Shown here: positions 11,151-22,500 of the stretch, in pieces
Layout of the letters: every line of letters starts with the position of its first letter
How positions within the stretch are numbered: the first letter of the stretch is position 1
Assembly (NCBI GenBank): GCA_013239625.1
Contig: MU054338.1
Coordinates: 62,001 to 126,000, forward strand
DNA: 64,000 nt
Direction of reading: 5' to 3'
From: Lama guanicoe
Lineage: Eukaryota
Made by a program: the position numbers and the translations under genes
The notes under the pieces: generated by a model
Told to the model about the DNA's origin: nothing
Seen by the model: only the letters and a program-made list of their open reading frames with translations
Database searches by the model: none

Positions 11151-13539
11151 CCTCACTCTACGTGGCATTTTTAACATCTCTGTTGTCTTATGAGCCCATT
11201 AGAATATTGGCCCCCCTAGGGCGGGATGGGGCCTGGACGCCAGGCACCTGGAACAGAGCCCCAGCCGCGCGGGGAGGAAACTGCAGTAGCGCGTAGCGGA
11301 CACGAGGTGTCGCCGCTCTCAAGCGCATGTTGGTCCCTCGGCCGGGGCGTTACATTGGGACCAAGGGCTTCCGGGGCATCACCTCCTTGAAGCGCCCTCA
11401 ATACGCGCATGCGCGCACACGCACTCCGTCCTGAGAGGCGGGTTTCATTATCATCACCCCGTTTTGCTTTCACCCAGGAGGAAACAGGCTCAGAGAGGCA
11501 AAGTCATTGCCCAAAGTTGCACAGGACTCAAACCCAAGTCAGATCCTGACAGAACCGACAGCCATTCAGTGAGAGGCTGCCTCCAGTGGTGCCTTCAGCT
11601 GGGGCCGCATTTGCAAAATTCAGTGGTGTTGGGAAATGCCCTTGACCAAAGATTACTGGATGAGCAGGGACCTCCCTGGGTCTAAATTAATCTCCCTGGA
11701 AAACAGTTGCAGCTATTCCCTCACTCAGCAACCTTCTGTGGTTCCCACCTTCTACGAGAATGTCTCCCAAAGCAGGGACACGGAAGGTGCCTTTAGGTGG
11801 GACTGTTAACTTTAACAGTCCCAAGTTAAATAACGTCAAATAAGGTGATAAGAAATTACCCCCCTTTCCCTTTTACAGTCCTTTTGGGAAACTCAAGAGG
11901 GAAGTTTCAGTTTGGATCTGACAAAAGTCGAACCTCCTCCAGGTCCATAAACCCTTTAGCAAAGGGAGAGCAAGCCCAAGCCTGTGACGGGCCATAAAAG
12001 CTGGAACTTAATAACTTCATTCTGCGTGTCCTCCTCCAGCCGACCTTCCTCTGCTCCCCAGACTGTGGGCTTCCCAGTGGCAGTTCCCAGGCAGGGTGTG
12101 GAGGTTTGTGACTCACTCGTAAGGGGATTTAGGGGTCACCGCGGGGGCCAGCCTGGCATCTGGGGGGAACCTGTCATGTGAGTCTTCCGCAGGGGCTGCA
12201 ACAAATCATCCTGAACACAGTGGTTTAAAGCCTCACACTGGGTGCAGTGAAGGCTGGGCAGGGCTGGTCCCTACAGGAGGCTGCAGGGGAGAGTCTGTTC
12301 CTGTAGGTCTGAGAAGCTCCCGTAGGGAAGGGGACAACTTAGATTCCCTGCACCAAGAGCCACTACTGCCAGGAAGCAGAGGCCACCTGGCAGAAGCTGG
12401 AGCCCCAGGGTGATGTCCTGTAAAGCCAGGAGGAAGCAAGAGGGAGAAGCATCCCAGCTTCTATCCCAGGACCCCCAGAGCCTCCCAATGGTGGAAGCCA
12501 GAGCGCAGGGGACACTGGGAGCTGTAGTTTTCTGCAGCAGAGAGCAGGGCGGGCAGGGGGCTGAGCACAGACAGGCTGGTGACACCCCCTTAGCAAACCC
12601 ATTCCCACCCTCTGACCTGTAGACCGGAACCAACTCTGAGCAACACTAAAATCCTCTGTCCTTTTGTGTGCCGTGTGGTTGCATTTGGCTGCGATAGTTG
12701 AATTCGTCCACCACCGGGCATCTATTACAGAACTGTATGACCATGGGAAACAAGCTGCACAAAGACCCCAATTCTTCACCCTCTCCTCGACCCATGCCCT
12801 TTGTCCCGTGACTTTGGAGACTTCCCTCTAAAGCAGAATATAATTCTCCACCCCGAGATTGGCTTTGACAGACAGGATGAGCTGGAAGAGAGGGGGTGCC
12901 TGTGCCCACTTGTGTATTTCCTTGGCTGTGGCCGCGAAACCCCTCCTGAAGGTGAGACTCTGGGCACCAGGGAGGCACTGACGTCGGCTGGGCTGCCAAG
13001 GCTGGGCCCGCTGCTCAGACGACAGGTCCTGGAGCCGAAGGTGCCGGTTCTGAATGCAGCACCCCAGGGAGAATGGCTGCCTGGCCCAGTTTTGTGACAG
13101 AAGCTGAGGGACCCACCACCCTTCCTGCCTCTGGGTGGTTGGATCGTGGGCTACCTGTCACCAGGGGAGAGGACGCCACAGAGGAAGCAGAAACTAGGCC
13201 TCTCAGTCCCATGCCCTCCACCTCTGAATGTCAAAGCCCAGTCCAGTTCCTGCGGAGACGCAAGCAGTGAAGCCACACGACCAGCAAAGCGTCCCCGTGC
13301 CCCTGCCCACCGCCCAGATGGAATTAGTTTCTCCCAGATGGGAGGGAAGCCATCTGGGCAGGAGTCCACGTGGGGCTTCAGGAAAGGCAGTCTGTGGGCC
13401 CAGCCCACCTACTCCTGCTCAGGGGTCATGCAGACGACCGAGGTCCAGCGAGGCTGTGGGGCCTGAGAGTGGGACAGACAGTGACCTGCTTCCAGAGGAG
13501 CCTGAGGGGGTGACTGGGCCCCTCCATCTGCTGCATGTT

Positions 13540-13750
13540 TTATTAATACATAGCAGGGCCCCCCTCGGCACTGTAGACTTTTGGATTGTCCTCTGGGGAG
13601 CCATCCCCGGCACGGTGGGGCGTGGAGCAGCATGCCTGGTCCCCCCTACTGAATGCTGGGAGCCCCCCAGTCGTGATGACCACAGATGTCCCCCAGGCAC
13701 CACCCAGTGTCCTCGGGGGCAGCACTGCCCAAGGGAGAATGACTGGTATG
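13540..13750. mobile_element. MER20-like hAT DNA transposon remnant
   Basis: Resembles the recalled MER20 consensus (...cccccagtcgtga..ac.a.a.atgtc.ccag.ca...cagtgtcc..ggggg...gagaa..actgg). Similar copies lie near 20250-20445 and 47800-47930. Confidence 0.6.
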
Positions 13751-14413
13751 TAGGTGAGGCCCAGTGTGGTGCGTCCAAGTAGCAGGACAGTAGGATGAAC
13801 CGCACACCATCTGCTCTCATCTAAAATAGAGAAACATCCTTCACTTGTATTTAAGAAACTTCAGGCCCGAAAAGGACACTGCTCTTGGCTTGATTTCTAT
13901 TTTTCTCTTGCAGTGGAAGAGCCCAGAAATGAGGTCTGGCTAAGGGTTTAGTCAGAAAGCTCAAACCAGTGCCCACAGACGCCCCTGCACACCAGCTAGT
14001 TATGGTTACATTTCCTGCATGTCTGGAAGGGGCCCTGAAGTCAGCAGGGAGAAAGCCAGGCCTCAACAGACAGCCTCTGGACTCTGGTTTCACGGGGGCA
14101 GCAAAGACCCAGAAAGAAAGTCTGGTTTATCAAAGTCGAAGCTGACTTCTTCCCGGCGGACATCTGGGTGTGTGCAGCCCATGCCCAGCTCATGACAGAG
14201 TGGGGAAGAGGAGCCATGCCCTTCCTCGTGGTACTTTTCCTACTCTTCAGTGCCGCATAGCATCTCCCCTAAGTGTGGAGCTTGAAGAACGTTCACGGCA
14301 GACCGGGCCAAAGGAACAGCCCCAGGACCCCCTCGGACCCCTTCCCACCCTCCGCAGGACTGACTTCAGCAGCACGCACCAGCATTGACCTGCTCTGGAC
14401 AATACACACGCGG

Positions 14414-14892
14414 TGAGGCGGGAAGCCCCATAAAAAGACCGGCAGGACCCCCAGGCAAGGCCACTACTCTCCTGCCAGCACCATCCGGATCCCTGGCCCA
14501 GCTCTATCTTCACTTTTTGCCTCTGACACGGTTTACGTACTCCTAAAATTCTATTGGTTCCCTGAGCTCACTTCTGATTGGTTATTTCCTTCACTCCTGA
14601 TTGGTTATAATCCCACTTCTGATTGGTTATTTCTCTCACTCCTGATTGGTCTATTTCTACAAAGCTTGTTCCTAGTTGGTCAACTTCTGTTCTACTTTAT
14701 TTGCATATGATGTTGCAAAGTGTAAAACTGGCAGCCTATAAAGGCCTGTGTAAACCTAAGGACAGGGTCCAGAGCTTGGAGTGTTAACTTTTCTGGATCG
14801 GGTGGCGTAATAACCCTGAGTTCTCCAGCTCTCCGAGTGCTGCTTGGTCTCTCGCCTGGATCCAGGTTGCTGTAACACATTTTTCTGCAATA
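14414..14892 (+). mobile_element. Solo LTR of the same ERV family
   Basis: Homologous along its full length to the proviral LTRs. Perfect 4-bp TSD GCGG (14410-14413 and 14893-14896). No PBS follows. Confidence 0.95.
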
Positions 14893-16877
14893 GCGGGATT
14901 TCTGTTCTTCTCAGTCTGGCTCAGAACTGTGCCTGGGAGATTCGTGCGCGTTTGTTCGCATCACCGCGGACCTACCGTGTAGGTGTCTGGCCACTCCGCT
15001 GTGGATGGGAATTTGGGGTGTTTCCAGGGCTCGTGCTCCCAACTTCCAGAGGCACGAAGACCCCTGCTCATATCCCTTTGATGAAACTTAAGTCATATGG
15101 CCACACCTGGCTGCAAGGGCTGCTGAGAAATGTACCCTTTTTTGAGACAGACACTCCCACCCAGATGAAGGCCGGAGTTCTGTTTTCAGGGCATCCTAGA
15201 GGCAGCCAGAATTCTCCTCTGTCCATGCTTTCAGCAGTAAGCAACAGATTTTCCACTTAAGGAGTGAGGCAACATGTTTGTCCTCCAAAAAGAGGCTCCG
15301 GGACTTCTCTCAAGAGGCCTCCCTACTCAGAGCCTCCTGGCTCTGCTGCTCTGGTTCTCTTGGCTCTGCCTGCCTTTGTGGTGTATTCATCCTCAGATGG
15401 GCACCAGTATGGCTGTGGCTGCTCCAGACAGCTCATCATGCAGATGCAATGGCCGCAGACATAAAGGCACAATTCTCCTGAGCCTCCCTTACAGAGCAAG
15501 AAAACTTTCTACAGTCAGCAGAATAACAGCCCCCAATATATCCATATCCAAATCCTCAGAACCTGTGACTATGTCATGTTGGACAACAAGGAGTGCAGGT
15601 TGCAGGTGGAACTAAGCTCTCTAGCCTGCTGGCTTTGAGATGGGGAGAGGATCCTGGATTATCCGGTTGGGCTCAATGTAATCATAAGGCCCCTTAGAAG
15701 CTGCCCCACCAACCTCCCTCACATCTCATTCGCCAGAAGGGGATCCCATATCCACACAAGCCAATCCCCAGCAAGGGGGTGGAACACCTATGAGGATTTT
15801 TGCTAGCACCCAGTTAGGGTGGGGAGTGGACGCCCAGACAGTAGCCAGGCTTGTCCACAAGGACAGAAGAGGCTGGCAGGCACGTGCCCCAGGAGCACGG
15901 GGAACTGGCAGGAGGGGAGGCATTGTCGTGTGCTGGGGGCAACAGCAGGGGGCCTGCAGGGTGAGGGACAGCTTGGAGATGTCCACCGTGGACTGATTAG
16001 AACTGAGAATGAGATGTCCCTGCCTTGCTCCAGCAACACCTTGGCTAACACCCAAACCACATGCCCCCAGGAATTGAGGCTCTACTTATACTGGGTTGAA
16101 TTGTGTCTCTCCCAATAAACATGTTCAAGTCTTACCACCACCCCCTACCCCGTGATCTGAGGGGACCAAGAGGAGCTCACTGTGTGTGATCCCCAAGGCT
16201 CTATTAACTCTCACCCCACGGCCAGTACCATCCCCAAGCTTGTGGGGGGCCTCCCCTCCCCCAGCCAAGGCTGGCTTCCCTGGAGGCCCAGCCCAGGCTC
16301 CTCAGAGCTGTTGCCTGCTGACCTAGCTGCCAGCATCTGTTGCCACGGCAACCTGCTCAGGTACCAAGGCCCCCCATTGGGGCATCATTGGAGCAGCTGG
16401 TCATATTTGAATATGGAAAGTGGGCTAGATATGAGTATTGTATTGATGTGAAATTTCCCAATCCTGACAACTGCACTGGGTTATAGAAGAGAATTCTGGT
16501 TTCTGGAAAGTATACAGTGACACGTTTATGGGTAAAGGAGCATCACACTTCCAAGGTATTCTTACATGGTTCACGAAAATGCTTATAAACATCCATATAA
16601 GCACGTAGATAATAGACGTAGACACACCTGTAGGTACTTAGGACACAGACTGTGACAAAGCAAGTGGGGCAAAATGCAACCAATTGGTGAATGTGGGCAG
16701 AGTCTATAGGAGTTTCTGGCACTAATCTTGAAATTTTCTGTAGTCTGAAAGTATATCAAAGTTCAGTGTTATGAAAACAGTATCTGAAGTGCAGCGTTCT
16801 GGACCCCCAAGACTTGACTGCAGATCTAGATGGGCTCAAAATGCAGTTTAACCAGGGGCTAAGGACCAGAAGGGTCG

Positions 16878-17305
16878 TGGTTGAATTGTGCCCCTCAAAC
16901 AGACATGTTCACGTCCCAACTTGCCGCTCCTGTGAATGGGACCTTATTTAAAAACAGGGAGTTTGAAACTCAATTAAATTAAGACAAGATCACACTGGAA
17001 TAGGGTGATCCCTAAATCCAGTGTCTGGTGTTCTTATAAGAAGAGACAAATTGGACGTAGACACGGAGGAGAAGGTCATGGAGGACACAGGTTGGTGGTT
17101 GGAGCCCATTGTCTCAAGCCGAGGATCACCTAGGAAGCCAGCACCACCAGAATCTGGGTGAGAGCACAGGACAGATTCTCCCCCAGGACCCCACCTCCCC
17201 AGCCCACCACCTCCTTGATTTCGGACATCTGGCCTCCAGAATGTGAGAGAGTATGCTTCTGTTGTTGAAGCCCCCAGGGTTTGGTCACTTGGTCCTGCAA
17301 CCCGG
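16878..17305 (+). mobile_element. MLT1 (MaLR) solo LTR, ancient
   Basis: tggttgaattgtg.ccc...cctgtgaatgggaccttattt...ccttgatttcggac.tctggcctccagaa.tgtgagaga...ttctgttgtt.aagcc is a characteristic MLT1 layout. Confidence 0.75.
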
Positions 17306-18612
17306 GAGGCCAGTCCAGAGGGCATCTCAGGCAGGGAGGTGGTGCTGAGGGTCCCTCACCCTCTTGGGGGGCATGGGATCCAGATCCAGACACTTGGAGG
17401 AAGAGGGGCCAAGGGCCTGGATGTCAGCAGCCCACAAACCCCTGGGGCACACATGGAGCACCTGCTTTGCACACACCTGGATGTACAGAGTGTTAGGAAG
17501 GGAGGACGCCAGCAGGGATGCGAGGTGATGTGGGGGGCAGGCTAAATAAGGTGGCTCCGGGAGCCTTACTATGAAGAGGACTTTGCACAGAGACTGAAGG
17601 AGGTCAGGGGCAGTTGTCGGGTGTGGAGGGACAGCCTTGGCAGGGGCACAGCGAGGGTAGGGTATGTTGGAGTGTGGAGGACGCCTGCGATCAGGGAGGC
17701 CAGAGGGGTGGTAGGGGCGCGGAGAGGAGGGCAGAGGAGACCCACCTACACTGGGGCTGTGACTTTACAGGCCACCCTCTGCCTGCGTGTGGGCAGATCC
17801 GTCGCCCCGGCAGTCACCCACCCACCCGCTCCCTGGACTGGCGCCGGGAAGGCTCCCCCTCCCCCGGCAGAGGACGTGTGCGCGAGGGTGGACACGTGAA
17901 GGACCACGAGAGCCAGGCGGCCCCCACAGATCGGCCGCATGTGCGGTGTAATTTTAGGTTTCCTCACCCATGGCCCGCCCTCATTATTGTGCAATTAAAA
18001 CACCCGAGTCAGACGATCACGCAGTAAAAAACAGCTCTTCCCGGTCAGCCAGAGAGAGCTTCCCAGTGTGAGTGTGAGTGGGGTTTGCAGCTGCCTCTGA
18101 AGGTGGGAGGGGCCTGGCGCCGCCCTGCCCCGCTGGCTTCTCCAAAAATGCAGCATCTTAGCATCCGGATGGTCACTCGCTGGGTCGTGCACTTAGCAGA
18201 TACTGTGGAGCACCTGTGTGCCCAGCAGGGAGGTAGTCCTGACCCTCCTGGGGGCCTAGGGAGAAAACAAAGGGTGGAGGGGGCATCTTGGATGGATAGC
18301 CTGGGAGGCCCTTTCTGCGGTGAGGGTCCTGTGGCAACCTGGGGAGACTGCACACCTGGCGGGGGGCACCGCCAGTGCAAAGGCCCTGAGTCTGGACTGT
18401 CTAGCGAGTGGGAGGAACCGCGGGGAAGCCCGTGTTGGTTGGGGTGGAATAAGTGATGGGGAGAGAGGGAGGAGGTGAAGGCCAGGAGGTGACGGAGTGA
18501 GCCAGGCCGTCCAGGGCGCGGGGGCGTGGGAGGGCTTGGACTCACCACCGGCGACGCGAGAGTCCTAGTGGGCGGTGGGCAGAGCTGGGACGCGCCCCAT
18601 AGGTGCTCACAG

Positions 18613-18626
18613 GCGCCCTCTGGTGG
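18613..18626 (-). promoter_or_regulatory. CTCF core motif
   Basis: Minus strand reads CCACCAGAGGGCGC, a near-consensus CTCF core in a CpG-containing patch. Confidence 0.6.
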
Positions 18627-18884
18627 CTTTGGGGAGAACAAGCCGTGGGCAGCGCCGGGAGACCGGGCGGGGGTGGGGGGGTAGACCGCGGTGGAGAGGC
18701 GGGAGGCAGGGGCATGGTGGAAAGGGCTGATGGGGTGGACGTGGGGGCAACGGCTGGGGAGACAATGCAGTGAGGAGGTCTGGGTGATAAGGTCGTGGGA
18801 GAGTGGGGGTGGATAGGGGACCCTGACTTGGGCAGGGGCTAAAGAGGGAGCAAGAAATGGACAGTTTCTGGGAAATTGTTTTTC

Positions 18885-19515
18885 ATATGTTTTCTAATGA
18901 AATATAGCTTACATGCGGTAAATGCACAAAGTGTAAGTGTATCAGGTTGGGTGAAGTTTTTTAAAAAGAAGTCACATAATTCTACTATTACAGAATACTG
19001 AAGTGAAAAATTCAGTGTCATTTAGTACAGTCACAATGTGCAACCATCACCTCTAATTCCAGAACATTCTCATCACCCCAAAAAGAAGCCCCATCCCCAC
19101 CAGCAGTCACTTCTTACCTCCCCACCAGCCCCTGACAACCAAGAACCCACTCCCTGTGTCTGTGGACTGCCCTGTTCTGCACGTTTCACGTCCGTGGACT
19201 CACACACTGTGTGTCCTTTTGTGTCTGCTCTTCTCACTGAGCATCGTGTTCTCAGGGTCCATCCACATGGTAGCAAGTGTCAGGGCTTCTCCCTTTTCAC
19301 GGCTGAATCATATTCCTGTGTGTAGGATTACACGGTGCGTTCATCCATTCATCTGTTGATGGGCATTTGGGCTGTTTCCACCTCTTGGCTGTTGTGAATA
19401 TTAATGTACAAGTTTTTGTTTGAGGAACAGTTTTCAATTCTTTTGAGCTGCAGGGAATTGTCATATGGTAGGCGTCATATGATAATTCCATCTGTAACTT
19501 TTTGAGGAAATGCCC
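18885..19515 (-). mobile_element. Old L1M 3' end fragment
   Basis: Minus strand encodes FTTAKRWKQPKCPSTDEWMN (L1 ORF2 C-terminus) followed by L1M 3' UTR motifs. Confidence 0.8.
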
Positions 19516-22500
19516 GTCTTTTCCACAGCAGCTGAGCTTTGAGCACTTTCCGTCCTCGGAGCCACGCAGCTCTTCTCCTGCCCAAACTGTCCTGTGTCTC
19601 CTCCTCCAGGAAGCCCCCCAAGGCCAGGAATTCCAGTTACCCAACCCCAAACCAGCATGTGAGAGACAATTTCTTATAGCTGTGGTGAGGTCAGGGAGGC
19701 CAGCTGGAGACTGGAAGCCAAGCACTCACTGGCTTGGCATCTGGAGCTGTCATTGGGACCATCAGCAGGACCCCTGCTCAGGCCTCTCTGTTGGCCCAGA
19801 CTTCCTCCCAGCATGGCACTGGGTCCCAAGCTTGGGCGGCCTGAGAGAGCCAGCCAGGCAGACCCTGTCCCCTCCTCACGGCCTGGTCTCGGAAGTCACA
19901 CGGCATCTTTCCAGCCACGTTCTATTGCTCCGAGCAGACAGAAGCCCACCCAGGTTTGAGGGGAGGACACTCCCACACAGCCTCTTGCTGGAGACAGACA
20001 GGCCCTGGCAGGGCACATGGACTGGAAGTGCCCCCCCAATCCCCCATTATGAACCATGGTCTCCCACAGCAGGAATCCTGCCCGCAAGGCTCTCTGTGGG
20101 ACCCATGGCCCAGCTCCAGGCTTGGCAGGGCACAGGACCTTGGTGCCCCACACTAGGCCCTGTGCATGCCTAGTGTCACATCAGCCTCATGTTAGGAAAA
20201 ATTACCCAGAACTTGGAAAGGGGAAAAGCATCCTTCCACGCCCCTTCAGTATTGACCAGGTCTCCCCCCAGCACCAAGCTGACAACACTGCTGACTTTGG
20301 GATGGGTCATTCTCACAGAGGGGTCCTGGGCACTGCTCCCACCCACTCGATGCCAGGAGTCCCCCAGTCATGATAACCCCAAATGTCCCCAGATGTGACC
20401 CAGTGTCCCCTGAGAGGTGAATCACCCCAGTGAGAACCACCTGCAAGCTTCGTGCAGCCAGAATCACCTAACACCCAGTGAGGCGCCTGGTTTTTACTCC
20501 TGACTTGCCGACGCCCCAGCCTGCGGGGTGAGAGGCCAACCTGACAAGCTGTGTGGGGATGAGTCCTGCCCTCAAGGCTGCAGGTGACCTAGCCCTGGAA
20601 GGCATGAACTCGTTTCATTGAGCCTTGAACTCAGAATTTGAAGTCCCGCTGTCCCTCTGATCTTAGACCAAACTTGGACACATGCAGCTGCTGGAGGTTT
20701 GAATGAGGTGACGTTCTGAAGACTGGACCATGCCACCACCCAGCCCCAGAGGGGAGCCGGAGCTGAGCTCCTCCTCTTACACGTGGGGAAACTGAGGCTG
20801 GTGGGGGGGCCTGCCCGGTGGTCTCTGTACGGCGTAATCATTATCCAAGTTGGAGTGGGCTGCAGGGGGCTGGGCACCTCTGGACCACCCAGACCCCAGA
20901 CACAGGAGGCCTTATCCAGGAACCTGGGGACTAGGGAGATGAGAAGGAGGGGAAGACAAGTTGCGGGGGGTGCTTTCTGCATCACCATAGCAACCCAGGC
21001 CTGAGCACCAAGGGAGGAAGGGGCCCTCGGGTAGGGTGCCCCCGGTTAGCCAAGGTGAAAAGATCAGAGGGCAGAGTCTCCACTTCTCACACCAACTACA
21101 AGTTCGGGGTCCCCAAAACCACTCTCAGGTTTGAGAATTCTCTGGAAAGTATTCCCAGAGCTCACGGGAGGCACTGGGAGAGGAGACAGGTTCCCAAGAG
21201 AGGAGCACGTGGGTGAGTCGGGAGAAATTGGCAGGCAGCCTGGCATCACCACGGTCCACACGTGCCCCTCCCGGCCTCACGAGTCTCACACAGGGTCCCC
21301 GCAGGTGTGACACATGCACTGCCCACCAGCTGGCCTCAGTCTCCAGGTCCACTGACTCCATCACCCAAAGCCCACCCTAAACCCCAAGGCTGGTCTTCCT
21401 GGCGTGATCCTGTCAGGATCCTGTCAGGTCACCTCCCAGAGAGCTCTGGGCAAGACTAACTCCTCTACCAGCCCAAGGGTATAAAGCAGAGCCTCACCTG
21501 GCAGCCCTGCCCGGCCCACGGCTCTCCCAGCACTGTGTCTGGGCCAGGTCTGCCCCTGCAGCCCCCACCAGCCGAGGCAGGAGATAGGGGACTGGGGAGG
21601 AAACGGAGTCCCAGAGAAGAGTATTCAAATGCGTGGCCCAGATGAGGCCCGGAGGGCTCTCAGAGGGAGGCGGAAACTTTGGGCACCTGGGAAGTGGGGT
21701 GAGGTTGAGGGCTTGGGGTCTGCACCCCGCACTGGTTGGACCTGTGTCCTGTGCCCTGGCAGCTGGGTGACTTTGGGCCAGCCACTTCCCCTCCCTGTGC
21801 CTTGGTTTCCCCGGGAAGGCTCAGGGCCGGCTGTATGCAGAGGGTGCCGAAGTCTTCCCTTTCACCCAGTACGGGCTTCACAAACGGACCCGGCTCCATG
21901 CGTGCGGATCTTACCTGACCCTGGAGGGGCTGCTTCTACCGGCCCCGCTGCACAGGGGGGGTAAACGACTGGAGAGCGGTGCCAGCCTGTGTGCAGTGGA
22001 GCCAGGACTCTGGCCTCGGGGAGGCGGCTGCGCGTGGAGGGGTGCGCATCCCAAGTCTGCTCCCGGCTCCGAGGTTCCTTTTTTATTGAAGTCATTTTTC
22101 TCTTCCCGTCAGCGGAGCCGGCTGCCAGCAGCCTCTCCTCACCCGCAGAGTTGCTGAGAAGAAAACAAAAGCTTAATTGAATCCCACACTGGGGCAAGGC
22201 GGGGCAGGTAGGACAGGAGAGGCCCCAGGCATAGGGAGGCCGAGGGAGCCCGGGCCTCCGTGGCTGTGGTGGCGGCCTGTCACTACCATCTAATGGGATT
22301 ATGTTAATACCATCGCCACCTTGCGCCTGCTGCCGGGGACCGCGCCTGGGCGCGAAGCTCTTTCCACACGTGAGCCTGGGCCTCATCGCAGCAGAAGCGT
22401 CCGCCTGGGGAGCCCGAGAACCAGAAAGGCCGTGTGACAGTCCCCGGGCTACAGCGCGACAGGAAAATCGAAGTCTTGAATTCCACCGTGGAACGCGCCC

